DNA from: a virus
Lineage: Duplodnaviria; Heunggongvirae; Uroviricota; Caudoviricetes
Direction: 5' to 3' (one strand)
IMG/VR virus record: IMGVR_UViG_2718218309_000002
Length of the DNA stretch: 35,391 nucleotides
Positions 8,141-17,794 of this stretch are shown here, one piece after another (position 1 is the first letter of the stretch; the number at the start of each line of letters is the position of its first letter). A program made the translations under genes and the position numbers. The notes below the pieces were generated by a model that was not told the DNA's origin, ran no database searches, and saw only the letters and a list, made by a program, of their open reading frames with translations.

Positions 8141-11071
8141 TCAGGAATGAATAACCTTTCTAACCTGGAAGCTATCATTATGAGATGGGATTATTTCTCC
8201 TTTGAAAATAAGCCCTTCTCTCAAATACTGCCTGCTTTCAGAGGAAAATATTGTTACGTGGAAAAATATATCTACAGGGAGTTTGTCACAACTACAGAAT
8301 CCATATCCTCGTTGTGGAAAGTATCTTTTAATGATGCACTCCCCACTGATTGCTTCAACGTTTGGTGATTCTTTGCTATAAATATGACTAATCACCATGC
8401 CTATCTCTGTTCTGGAAATGTCACACATCAAAGTGTCGCCATCAACGACGGAATCTATATTATATTGTTTTAATAAATTTTGAGAAATATCGATGGGCCC
8501 ATCAATGTCATTAACAATTAGATATCCAAGGCCACGCTCAACATCATAGCTATCTACAATTGCCCTAGCATGTTTTTTTACGATGCCTAGTTTATAAATG
8601 TCGCCAAGAGTATTCTCTGGTGGTTCGCTTTCATCATATCTATTTTGTTTAAAGACTAATAGTCGATTGATTAACTCTTTTTGGCATTCATATTTTTCAT
8701 GTGTTATCTCATTGCTAATATAAACAGAGTCTTCAGATATTAAATACTCTAGAAATAGATTTCTAATATTGTACATTTTAGAGATGTGATTGCCTTTGGA
8801 AGCATAAGTATCTTTTATTTTATTTGCGATAGAACTGTCGGTGATCGCTGTTGTTAATGCCATTTGATAGAAGTAAACGCTATTACGAGATGCGAGCTTT
8901 AAATGTGCTCTACCTTTATAAGAAATTGCTAATTTCTGATTTGATGAGAGTGTAGTTGATGACATATCATAGGGTTCTATTAATTTTGCCATAATTAAGC
9001 TCTCTAAAGCTTTATCGACAGCTAGTTCTGTTGCTCCTAAAGCATCGAAATAACTGCTGATAGATTGTACGCTTAAATGTTTATCCTCAATGCTTTTTCC
9101 AGGCACTTGAATGGAGTTAAGTAAAGTAAGGATTCTTAACGCTTGCAATGGTGATTGTCTTACTTGACTATCAACTTGGAATATAGGATATATTTCTGGG
9201 ATGTCACCATTTTTATAAACTTCATAATCACCGCGAATTAACGCGTCCATGAAGCGAGTGAAATTTATCGAAGGAAGTTCACCACTAATATAAGATTTTA
9301 TCAAGTCCTCTATTTTAATTGCAGGGGATGTGATTATTCTTTTTGATAATAATAATGTTCTGCGTATATTATAGTTGGCAAGCTCACCAAGAGTTTGTGA
9401 TGTGTAATCATGATTCACAAAAATATTTTCAATCACTTTAGAAAATTTATTTATATCTTCAATGGAAATTTTAATACCTTTTGATAAAAGATAGCTTTTC
9501 TTTTGTTCATTAGTATCTTTATTGTTAAGTTTTGATGTGATGAAGTTAATTCGCTTTCTGAATACTTCCCGTGGGGACGGAGTTGGTAGAAAAAATGATT
9601 TTGATTGATAGATGCTAAATATATCTGTCTTGGAGAAAATCCAAGCTGATTTATCTGTCACGGGGAAAATAACAAGGCAGTGTTTAATGTTTTTTTTAAT
9701 TGAATTGCTAAACTGGAAGACTTTTGTTTTAAAGTCAAGTGTGAATTCATCAGTGTTATCTACGACTATTATTGGAAGCATTTTTCTATTGCTTACAACA
9801 TTGTGAAGGATGCGTTTTAAATATCCCTCTCGATCATTTTCAACAGCTTCATCTAAATAACGTCCAAATTTTTCCTTGAACTCATCTTTACTTCTATTGT
9901 AAAGAGCTGCGTCCGCTCCTCTTGATTTTCTTTTATATTCATTGTGATAAAGTCCAAGGAGATCATTCCATTCAGGTACGCCGTCCTTGTAAAGCTGGGT
10001 CTCAAGGGTTTTTATTATTTCTTCAGTCATCCAATCTAGAACTGTATCTTCTCGCCCTGTAGCTTCTAAGCAGTTTATTTTAATAAGTAAGCATCGTTCT
10101 CTAATCGTTTTATTAAGGGTGCGACTGAAAAAACGGTCTAAAAAAGTCGACTTCCCAGAGCCAGTTGGTCCAACTATAAAAACGGATTGTTCTGACTCTA
10201 GATTTATATCAGACTCAATATTTGACATTATTAAATCAGAAAGCTCATCTCCAACTTTATTTTTATTATAGTTTATATTTGACAAGACGCTAGTTGTTAT
10301 TTTCTCAAGTGAATAGTCTGCAATTCTACTTTCATATGATTCAACAAAACATTCCATCATCATCTCGTCATCTCCCTCTAATCGAGAGAAGAAACTAGAG
10401 AATACCCTTTCTAAATCATAAGCCATATCACTTTTTCTTGTTATTTTTATATCAGATCCAATGATTGGGGCTGTTAATTCATTATTTAACAATAAACGTT
10501 TGTTGTGAATATCATCAAATATAGTGTTATACAATCTTTTGTTAAATGCTTCTTTTGATAATAATTCATAGAACACGCTAAATGATTTTTCGACTGCCTC
10601 GATACTAGGGAATACAATTGCCTCTTTACTTTTGAAGTTTTCACCAGGTATAAATGTTTTGAATATTACCCAACATAACCCATCAGTTAGAATAGAAAGA
10701 GGTATGCCATTTGGCGATGCGTAGCTAAATGCCTGGTTAATTCCTGTCTCGCATTTCTTTAAAGCAGAACCTGATATTTTTAAATGTCTTACAGTGTTTT
10801 TTTGAGCTGTTTCAACTTCTAAAATGCCGATTTTTTTGGCTTCGACAACAAAGGAGGGATGATCATCAGTGGAAAGAATGTAGTCAGAGAATCCATTGTC
10901 ATGGGCAGTTTCACAAGCAATATCAGAGTGCATCCATCCAAGCGTCTCTGTTAATATGCGAGTTATGATTTGAATTTTAGCATCTTCTTCTGATTGGATT
11001 TTTGTGATGTTATGATTAACATCACTCATAATTTTTAAGAATTTTTTTTCGCTGGAATCTAAACTAGTCAT
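8141..11071 (-). CDS. Candidate anti-phage defence protein (976 aa): N-terminal PD-(D/E)xK nuclease-like domain, central P-loop NTPase, C-terminal cold-shock-like OB domain
   Basis: Single uninterrupted ORF in the A-to-cos slot. Residues 55-80 GFSDYILSTDDHPSFVVEAKKIG fit a PD-(D/E)xK / HsdR-N-like nuclease core; residues 301-309 GPTGSGKST form a Walker A (nt 10145..10171); residues 434-442 IIVVDNTDE are a candidate Walker B; residues about 908-976 (nt 8144..8350) resemble a cold-shock domain. Strongly AT-rich relative to the flanking phage genes. Confidence 0.85.
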   Translation of the reverse strand: MTSLDSSEKKFLKIMSDVNHNITKIQSEEDAKIQIITRILTETLGWMHSDIACETAHDNGFSDYILSTDDHPSFVVEAKKIGILEVETAQKNTVRHLKISGSALKKCETGINQAFSYASPNGIPLSILTDGLCWVIFKTFIPGENFKSKEAIVFPSIEAVEKSFSVFYELLSKEAFNKRLYNTIFDDIHNKRLLLNNELTAPIIGSDIKITRKSDMAYDLERVFSSFFSRLEGDDEMMMECFVESYESRIADYSLEKITTSVLSNINYNKNKVGDELSDLIMSNIESDINLESEQSVFIVGPTGSGKSTFLDRFFSRTLNKTIRERCLLIKINCLEATGREDTVLDWMTEEIIKTLETQLYKDGVPEWNDLLGLYHNEYKRKSRGADAALYNRSKDEFKEKFGRYLDEAVENDREGYLKRILHNVVSNRKMLPIIVVDNTDEFTLDFKTKVFQFSNSIKKNIKHCLVIFPVTDKSAWIFSKTDIFSIYQSKSFFLPTPSPREVFRKRINFITSKLNNKDTNEQKKSYLLSKGIKISIEDINKFSKVIENIFVNHDYTSQTLGELANYNIRRTLLLSKRIITSPAIKIEDLIKSYISGELPSINFTRFMDALIRGDYEVYKNGDIPEIYPIFQVDSQVRQSPLQALRILTLLNSIQVPGKSIEDKHLSVQSISSYFDALGATELAVDKALESLIMAKLIEPYDMSSTTLSSNQKLAISYKGRAHLKLASRNSVYFYQMALTTAITDSSIANKIKDTYASKGNHISKMYNIRNLFLEYLISEDSVYISNEITHEKYECQKELINRLLVFKQNRYDESEPPENTLGDIYKLGIVKKHARAIVDSYDVERGLGYLIVNDIDGPIDISQNLLKQYNIDSVVDGDTLMCDISRTEIGMVISHIYSKESPNVEAISGECIIKRYFPQRGYGFCSCDKLPVDIFFHVTIFSSESRQYLREGLIFKGEIIPSHNDSFQVRKVIHS

Positions 11072-11126
11072 TTCTTATCATCCAAAGTGATGTAAGTAAG
11101 TTACGGATAAATTCTTATGTATTGAG

Positions 11127-11154
11127 ATTGTAAGGTAATTAGCCATGAGTTCAA
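11127..11154 (-). promoter_or_regulatory. Putative sigma70 promoter for the cargo gene (-35 TTGAAC, 16-nt spacer, -10 TACAAT on the minus strand)
   Basis: Read on the minus strand: TTGAAC-N16-TACAAT about 55 nt upstream of the start codon at 11071; by-eye match to consensus only. Confidence 0.3.
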
Positions 11155-11283
11155 GTAGTTAGTTTGCATATCCTTGCGTGAAAATGCATCTGTCGTCTGA
11201 AATTGGTTTGCTGACACAAACCCAGCCGCCGCTGGGCAGGGTTTGAAGCGCACCTGCATTAAAACCGCCCCGTGAAGCGGGCA

Positions 11284-11302
11284 GGCGAGGCGGGGAAAGC
11301 AC
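11284..11302. other. cos site: 19-nt P2 cohesive-end sequence GGCGAGGCGGGGAAAGCAC
   Basis: Exact match to the P2 cohesive-end sequence as I recall it; located downstream of Q, where P2 has cos. Confidence 0.8.
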
Positions 11303-11444
11303 TGCGCGCTAGCGGTGGTGCTGATTTTATTTTTTCAGCGTCTGAGCGCGTCGTGATGGCGTTTAGAGTGTGCGCCGGGGCGTTGGTGTGTCTGCGGGGT
11401 GTTTTGTGCGGTGGTGAGCGTGTGAGGGTGTGATGACGGGGTGT

Positions 11445-11466
11445 AAAAAAGCCGCCCGCAGGCGGC
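11445..11466 (-). terminator. Intrinsic terminator of the P-Q operon
   Basis: On the minus strand, just after the Q stop: GCCGCC-TGCG-GGCGGC hairpin followed by TTTTTT. Confidence 0.6.
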
Positions 11467-11471
11467 GATGT

Positions 11472-12506
11472 TCAGCCGTTGTCAGTGTCCAGTGAGTAGT
11501 TTTTAAAGCGGATGACCTCCTGACCGAGCCAGCCGTTTATTTCCCGAATCCTGTCCTGTAACGGGATAAGCTCATTGCGGACAAAGACCTTTGCCACTTT
11601 CTCAATATCACCCAGCGACCCGACGTTCTCCGGCTTGCCGCCCATCAACTGAAAGGGGATGCGGTGCGCGTCCAGCAGGTCAGCGGCGCTGGCTTTTTTG
11701 ATATTAAAAAAATCGTCCTTCGTTGCGACTTCACTGAGCGGGATAATTTTAATGCCGTCGGCTTTCCCCTGTGGGGCATAGAGAAACAGATTTTTAAAGT
11801 TGTTGCGGCCTTTCGACTTCACCATGTTTTCGCGGAGCATTTCGATATCGTTGCGATCCTGCACGGCATCAGTGACGTACATGATGTATCCGGCATGTGC
11901 GCCGTTTTCGTAATACTTGCGGCGGAACAGCGTGGCCGACTCATTCAGCCAGGCAGAGTTAAGGGCGCTGAGATATTCCGGCAGGCCGTACAACTCCTGA
12001 TTAATATCCGGCTCCAGCAGGTGAAACACGGAGCCGGGCGCGAAGGCTGTCGGTTCGTTGAAGGACGGCACCCACCAGTAAACATCCTCTTCCACCCCAC
12101 GGCGGGTATATTTTGCCGGTGAGGTTTCCAGTCTGATGACCTTACCGGTGGTGCTGTAACGCTTTTCCAGAAACGCATTACCGAACACCAGAAAATCCAG
12201 CACAAAGCGGCTGAAATCCTGTTGTGAAAGCCACGGATGCGGGATAAATGTCGAGGCCAGAATATTACGTTTGACGTAAATCGGTGAGCTGTGATGTACG
12301 GCAGCACGCAGGCTTTTTGCCAGACCGGTAAAGCTGACCGGTGGCTCATACCATCTGCCGTTACTGATGCACTCGACGTAATCCAGAATGTCACGGCGGT
12401 CGAGTACCGGCACCGGCTCACCAAAGGTGAATGCCTCCATTTTCGGGGCGCTGGCGGTCATTGTTTTTGCCGCAGGTTGCGGTGTTTTCCCTTTTTTCTT
12501 GCTCAT
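11472..12506 (-). CDS. Q: Portal protein gpQ (344 aa)
   Basis: 344 aa, the P2 gpQ length; first gene after cos on the leftward packaging operon; start overlaps the P stop. Confidence 0.95.
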   Translation of the reverse strand: MSKKKGKTPQPAAKTMTASAPKMEAFTFGEPVPVLDRRDILDYVECISNGRWYEPPVSFTGLAKSLRAAVHHSSPIYVKRNILASTFIPHPWLSQQDFSRFVLDFLVFGNAFLEKRYSTTGKVIRLETSPAKYTRRGVEEDVYWWVPSFNEPTAFAPGSVFHLLEPDINQELYGLPEYLSALNSAWLNESATLFRRKYYENGAHAGYIMYVTDAVQDRNDIEMLRENMVKSKGRNNFKNLFLYAPQGKADGIKIIPLSEVATKDDFFNIKKASAADLLDAHRIPFQLMGGKPENVGSLGDIEKVAKVFVRNELIPLQDRIREINGWLGQEVIRFKNYSLDTDNG

Positions 12507-14278
12507 CAGTAAAACTCCAGAATGGTGGATGTCAGCGGGGTGCTGATACCGGCGGTGAGTGGCTCATTTAACAGGGCGTGCATGGTCGCCCAGGCGAGGT
12601 CGGCGTGGCTGGCTTCCTCGCTGCGGCTGGCCTCATAGGTGGCGCTGCGTCCGCTGCTGGTCATGGTCTTGCGGATAGCCATAAACGAGCTGGTGATGTC
12701 GGTGGCGCTGACGTCGTATTCCAGACAGCCACGGCGGATAACGTCTTTTGCCTTGAGCACCATTGCGGTTTTCATTTCCGGCGTGTAGCGGATGTCGCGC
12801 GCGGCAGGATAGAACGAGCGCACGAGCTGGAACACGCCGACACCGAGGCCGGTGGCATCAATACCGATGTATTCGACGTTGTATTTTTCGGTGAGTTTGC
12901 GGATGGATTCCGCCTGGGTGGCAAAGTCCATGCCTTTCCACTGGTGACGCTCAAGTATTCTGAATTTGCCACCGGCAACCACCGGCGGTGCCAGTACCAC
13001 GCATCCGGCGCTGTCGCCACGGTGTGACGGGTCGTAACCAATCCAGACCGGGCGTGAGCCGAACGGATTGGCGGCAAACGGCGCATAGTCTTCCCATTCT
13101 TCCAGCGTGTCGACCATGCAGCGTTGCAACTCCTCGAACGGGAACACCGACGCCTTGTCGTCAACAAATTCACACATGAACAGGTTTTTAAAATCGTCGG
13201 CGCTGTTTTCGCGTTTGAGCTGCTCAATGTCGAACAGCGTGCAGCCGCCTTTCAGGGCATCCTCAATGGTGACAATCTGCCGCCACTGGCCGTCCGCACA
13301 GAGAAGACCTCCGGCAAGTGCGTTATGACTGACGTCGATTTCCACGCGTTCAGCGGCGCTGGCGCGTCCCCGGTTAAACAGTTCACCCGACCAGAACGGG
13401 TAGGCGTCGTGCGCCAGCGTGGACGGGGTGGAGAAATAGGTCGAACGCAGGTGACTCTGTGAGGCCATACCTGATGCCACCTTACGCAGTACCTGAAAAT
13501 TCGGGATCCAGAAAATCTCATCGACGTACAGGTCGCCGTTATGGCTCTGCGCGGTGTTGGAGTTGGTGCCGAGAAAAATCAGTTTTGCGCCGTTATTGCC
13601 CAGGATAATCGGGTCACCGGTCAGGTCAACGTCAACCAGCCGGGCAAAGGCGATGATGTATTCGCGGAACACATACGCCTGCGTTTTACTGGCCGATAGA
13701 AAAATCTGGTTATGACCGGTTTTCAGGGCGCGCAGCAGCGCCTCGCGGGAAAAATAAAACGTCGCGCCAATCTGGCGGGATTTCAGGATATCGCGGATGC
13801 GGTGCTCAAGCCCGGCGCGATACCAGTGCAACTGATATTCGAAAGACTGCTCAAAGAAAATCTGCTCCAGCTTTTCGATAGCCTCGTCACTGAAAAAATT
13901 CTTTTTCGGTTTGCGCCGCCCGCCTTTGTTGCGGTTAGCGATGTTCGGATTAAGGTCTGCCTCGTTGCCGGTCTGGCTGTAGCGGTTTACCCGTGCCAGT
14001 CGTTCAATCTGGCGTCCGAGCAGGTCAATTTCCTTGAAGTCACCGCCGGTTTTCTGCGGTTTGATGATGAGCTGGGTCAGCCGCGCTTCCAGACTCATTT
14101 CGACACGGCTGATGGGGGCAACGCTGTCCCAGCCGTCGCGCTGTTTCCAGCTCTGCACTGTCGGGCGTTTCATCTGCAACATGGCGGCAATCTGCGGCAC
14201 GGAAAATCCCTGCCAGTACAGCAGCGCCGCCTGACGACGCGGGTCGTGTAAAAGAGTGGTGTCTGTGGTGATGGTCAT
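12506..14278 (-). CDS. P: Terminase large subunit gpP (590 aa)
   Basis: ORF-track frame 12506..14308 starts at TTG; internal ATG (codon 11) gives MTITTDTTLLHDPRRQ and 590 aa, the P2 gpP length. Confidence 0.93.
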   Translation of the reverse strand: MTITTDTTLLHDPRRQAALLYWQGFSVPQIAAMLQMKRPTVQSWKQRDGWDSVAPISRVEMSLEARLTQLIIKPQKTGGDFKEIDLLGRQIERLARVNRYSQTGNEADLNPNIANRNKGGRRKPKKNFFSDEAIEKLEQIFFEQSFEYQLHWYRAGLEHRIRDILKSRQIGATFYFSREALLRALKTGHNQIFLSASKTQAYVFREYIIAFARLVDVDLTGDPIILGNNGAKLIFLGTNSNTAQSHNGDLYVDEIFWIPNFQVLRKVASGMASQSHLRSTYFSTPSTLAHDAYPFWSGELFNRGRASAAERVEIDVSHNALAGGLLCADGQWRQIVTIEDALKGGCTLFDIEQLKRENSADDFKNLFMCEFVDDKASVFPFEELQRCMVDTLEEWEDYAPFAANPFGSRPVWIGYDPSHRGDSAGCVVLAPPVVAGGKFRILERHQWKGMDFATQAESIRKLTEKYNVEYIGIDATGLGVGVFQLVRSFYPAARDIRYTPEMKTAMVLKAKDVIRRGCLEYDVSATDITSSFMAIRKTMTSSGRSATYEASRSEEASHADLAWATMHALLNEPLTAGISTPLTSTILEFY

Positions 14279-14451
14279 GAATACCTCGCCGTGATGAATA
14301 CACGGCAAGGCTACTGAGTCGCGCCCCGCGATTCGCTAAGGTGCTGTTGTGTCAGTGATAAGCCATCCGGGACTGATGGCGGAGGATGCGCATCGTCGGG
14401 AAACTGATGCCGACATGTGACTCTTCTAATCACTATTCAGGACTCCTGACA

Positions 14452-15306
14452 ATGGCAAAAAAAGTCTCAAAATTCTTTCGTATCGGCGTTGAGGGTGACA
14501 CCTGTGACGGGCGTGTCATCAGTGCGCAGGATATTCAGGAAATGGCCGAAACCTTTGACCCGCGTGTCTATGGTTGCCGCATTAACCTGGAACATCTGCG
14601 CGGCATCCTGCCTGACGGTATTTTTAAACGTTATGGCGATGTGGCCGAACTGAAGGCCGAAAAGATTGATGACGATTCGGCGCTGAAAGGCAAATGGGCG
14701 CTGTTTGCGAAAATCACCCCGACCGATGACCTTATCGCGATGAACAAGGCCGCGCAGAAGGTCTACACCTCAATGGAAATTCAGCCGAACTTTGCCAACA
14801 CCGGCAAATGTTATCTGGTGGGTCTGGCCGTCACCGATGACCCGGCAAGCCTCGGCACGGAATACCTGGAATTCTGCCGCACGGCAAAACACAACCCCCT
14901 GAACCGCTTCAAATTAAGCCCTGAAAACCTGATTTCAGTGGCAACGCCTGTTGAGCTGGAATTTGAAGACCTGCCTGAAACCGTGTTCACCGCCCTGACC
15001 GAAAAGGTGAAATCCATTTTTGGCCGCAAACAGGCCAGCGATGACGCCCGTCTGAATGACGTGCATGAAGCGGTGACCGCTGTTGCTGAACATGTGCAGG
15101 AAAAACTGAGCGCCACTGAGCAGCGCCTCGCTGAGATGGAAACCGCTTTTTCCGCACTTAAGCAGGATGTGACTGACAGGGCGGATGAAACTAGCCAGGC
15201 ATTCACCCGCCTGAAAAACAGTCTCGACCACACCGAAAGTCTGACCCAGCAGCGCCGCAGCAAGGCCACCGGTGGTGGCGGTGACGCCCTGATGACGAAC
15301 TGCTGA
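14452..15306 (+). CDS. O: Capsid scaffolding protein gpO (284 aa)
   Basis: ORF-track frame 14386..15306; ATG at codon 23 gives MAKKVSKFF and 284 aa (P2 gpO length); divergent from P. Confidence 0.9.
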   Translation: MAKKVSKFFRIGVEGDTCDGRVISAQDIQEMAETFDPRVYGCRINLEHLRGILPDGIFKRYGDVAELKAEKIDDDSALKGKWALFAKITPTDDLIAMNKAAQKVYTSMEIQPNFANTGKCYLVGLAVTDDPASLGTEYLEFCRTAKHNPLNRFKLSPENLISVATPVELEFEDLPETVFTALTEKVKSIFGRKQASDDARLNDVHEAVTAVAEHVQEKLSATEQRLAEMETAFSALKQDVTDRADETSQAFTRLKNSLDHTESLTQQRRSKATGGGGDALMTNC

Positions 15307-15364
15307 CCGGCGTCAGTCAGTCCGGGAAAACCTTCACGATTAACCCTTAATTTCAGGAAAAACT

Positions 15365-16438
15365 ATGCGCCAGGAAACCCGCTTTAAATTTAATGCCTAC
15401 CTGTCCCGTGTTGCCGAACTGAACGGCATCGACGCCGGTGATGTGTCGAAAAAATTCACCGTTGAACCGTCGGTCACCCAGACCCTGATGAACACCATGC
15501 AGGAGTCCTCTGACTTTCTGACCCGCATCAACATTGTGCCGGTCAGCGAAATGAAAGGGGAAAAAATTGGCGTCGGTGTTACCGGCTCCATTGCCAGCAC
15601 CACCGACACCGCCGGTGGCACCGAGCGTCAGCCGAAGGACTTCTCGAAGCTGGCGTCAAACAAGTACGAATGCGACCAGATTAACTTCGATTTTTATATC
15701 CGCTACAAAACGCTGGACCTGTGGGCGCGTTATCAGGATTTCCAGCTCCGTGTCCGTAACGCCATTATCAAACGCCAGTCCCTTGATTTAATCATGGCCG
15801 GTTTTAACGGCGTGAGGCGTGCCGAAACCTCTGACCGCAGCAGCAATCCGATGCTGCAGGATGTGGCGGTCGGCTGGCTGCAGAAATACCGCAATGAAGC
15901 CCCGGCGCGCGTGATGAGCAAGGTCACTGACGAGGAAGGGCACACCACCTCTGAGGTCATCCGCGTGGGTAAGGGCGGTGATTATGCCAGCCTTGATGCA
16001 CTGGTGATGGATGCGACCAACAACCTGATCGAACCGTGGTATCAGGAAGACCCTGACCTTGTGGTGATAGTGGGACGTCAGTTACTGGCGGACAAGTATT
16101 TCCCCATCGTTAACAAGGAGCAGGACAACAGCGAAATGCTGGCCGCTGACGTCATCATCAGCCAGAAACGCATCGGTAACCTGCCAGCGGTACGCGTCCC
16201 GTACTTCCCGGCGGATGCGATGCTCATCACGAAGCTGGAAAACCTGTCCATCTACTACATGGATGACAGCCATCGCCGCGTGATTGAGGAAAACCCGAAA
16301 CTCGACCGCGTGGAGAACTACGAGTCAATGAACATTGATTACGTGGTGGAAGACTACGCCGCCGGTTGTCTGGTGGAAAAAATCAAGGTCGGTGATTTCT
16401 CCACACCGGCTAAAGCGACCGCAGAGCCGGGAGCGTAA
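15365..16438 (+). CDS. N: Major capsid protein gpN (357 aa)
   Basis: 357 aa, the P2 gpN length; follows O. Confidence 0.95.
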   Translation: MRQETRFKFNAYLSRVAELNGIDAGDVSKKFTVEPSVTQTLMNTMQESSDFLTRINIVPVSEMKGEKIGVGVTGSIASTTDTAGGTERQPKDFSKLASNKYECDQINFDFYIRYKTLDLWARYQDFQLRVRNAIIKRQSLDLIMAGFNGVRRAETSDRSSNPMLQDVAVGWLQKYRNEAPARVMSKVTDEEGHTTSEVIRVGKGGDYASLDALVMDATNNLIEPWYQEDPDLVVIVGRQLLADKYFPIVNKEQDNSEMLAADVIISQKRIGNLPAVRVPYFPADAMLITKLENLSIYYMDDSHRRVIEENPKLDRVENYESMNIDYVVEDYAAGCLVEKIKVGDFSTPAKATAEPGA

Positions 16439-16441
16439 CCG

Positions 16442-17185
16442 ATGACGAGTCCCGCACAGCGCCACATGATGCGGGTCTCGGCAGCGATGACCGCGCAGCG
16501 GGAAGCCGCCCCGCTGCGACATGCAACTGTCTATGAGCAGATGCTGGTCAAGCTGGCCGCAGACCAGCGCACACTGAAAGCGATTTATTCAAAAGAGCTG
16601 AAGGCCGCGAAAAAACGCGAACTGCTGCCGTTCTGGTTGCCGTGGGTGAACGGCGTGCTGGAGCAGGGCAAAGGCGCACAGGATGACATTCTGATGACGG
16701 TCATGCTGTGGCGTCTGGATACCGGAGATATTGCCGGTGCGCTGGAGATTGCCCGTTATGCCCTGAAGTACGGTCTGACCATGCCGGGTAAACACCGCCG
16801 CACCCCGCCGTACATGTTCACCGAGGAGGTGGCGCTTGCGGCCATGCGCGCTCACGCTGCCGGTGAATCCGTGGATACCCGTCTGCTGACGGACACCCTT
16901 GAACTGACCGCCACGGCTGACATGCCTGATGAAGTGCGCGCAAAGCTGCACAAAATCACCGGTCTGTTTCTGCGTGACGCTGGTGATGCCGCAGGTGCGC
17001 TGGCGCACCTGCAACGTGCGACACAGCTCGACTGTCAGGCAGGCGTCAAAAAAGAGATTGAACGACTGGAGCGGGAACTGAAACCGAAGCCGGAGCCACA
17101 GCCAAAAGCGGCCACCCGCGCCCCGCGTAAGACCCGGAGCGTGACACCGGCAAAACGTGGACGTCCGAAAAAGAAAGCCAGTTAA
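16442..17185 (+). CDS. M: Terminase small subunit gpM (247 aa)
   Basis: 247 aa with a basic C-terminal tail; position and length match P2 gpM. Confidence 0.93.
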   Translation: MTSPAQRHMMRVSAAMTAQREAAPLRHATVYEQMLVKLAADQRTLKAIYSKELKAAKKRELLPFWLPWVNGVLEQGKGAQDDILMTVMLWRLDTGDIAGALEIARYALKYGLTMPGKHRRTPPYMFTEEVALAAMRAHAAGESVDTRLLTDTLELTATADMPDEVRAKLHKITGLFLRDAGDAAGALAHLQRATQLDCQAGVKKEIERLERELKPKPEPQPKAATRAPRKTRSVTPAKRGRPKKKAS

Positions 17186-17284
17186 CAACCGAATGCGCCC
17201 CGCGCCAGGGCGGCACGCCGGTCAGTGACGGTGAATCACCTGACACTGCACCGGCGTCCACCGCCCGACTTTTCAGAGGTAGTC

Positions 17285-17794
17285 ATGATGACGCTGATTA
17301 TTCCGCGAAAGGAGGCTCCCGTGTCCGGTGAGGGTACGGTGGTCATCCCGCAACCGGCAGGCGACGAGCCGGTGATTAAAAACACGTTCTTTTTTCCCGA
17401 TATCGACCCGAAGCGCGTCCGGGAACGTATGCGCCTTGAGCAGACCGTCGCCCCCGCCCGTCTGCGTGAGGCCATCAAGTCAGGCATGGCGGAGACGAAT
17501 GCGGAGCTGTACGAGTACCGCGAACAGAAAATTGCCGCCGGTTTTACGCGTCTGGCGGACGTTCCGGCGGACGACATCGACGGTGAAAGCATCAAAGTTT
17601 TTTACTACGAGCGCGCCGTGTGTGCGATGGCGACCGCGTCGCTTTATGAGCGTTACCGCGGCGTGGATGCCAGTGCGAAAGGAGACAAGAAGGCCGACAG
17701 CATTGACAGCACCATTGATGAGCTGTGGCGGGATATGCGCTGGGCAGTGGCGCGCATCCAGGACAAGCCGCGCTGCATCGTGAGTCAAATCTGA
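17285..17794 (+). CDS. L: Head completion / stabilisation protein gpL (169 aa)
   Basis: ORF-track frame 17225..17794; ATG ATG at 17285 preceded by GAGG gives MMTLIIPRKEAP and 169 aa. Confidence 0.88.
   Translation: MMTLIIPRKEAPVSGEGTVVIPQPAGDEPVIKNTFFFPDIDPKRVRERMRLEQTVAPARLREAIKSGMAETNAELYEYREQKIAAGFTRLADVPADDIDGESIKVFYYERAVCAMATASLYERYRGVDASAKGDKKADSIDSTIDELWRDMRWAVARIQDKPRCIVSQI

Noticed and set aside
7945-8178. 77-aa ORF on the minus strand
   Set aside because: Its start lies inside the 3' end of the 976-aa gene in another frame and it spans the terminator palindrome; not a plausible gene.
8147-8368. 73-aa plus-strand ORF (and a similar one at 9612..9806)
   Set aside because: Antisense and fully inside the 976-aa cargo gene; AT-rich DNA gives chance ORFs.
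8141-11071. Interpreting the cargo gene as P2 old or tin
   Set aside because: P2 Old, as I recall it, has an N-terminal ATPase and C-terminal TOPRIM domain; here the P-loop is central, the N-terminus is PD-(D/E)xK-like and the C-terminus is cold-shock-like; gene size and strand also differ.
11664-14303. Multiple 60-180-aa ORFs on both strands
   Set aside because: All lie inside Q or P in alternative frames; the high GC content produces long open frames; no independent support.
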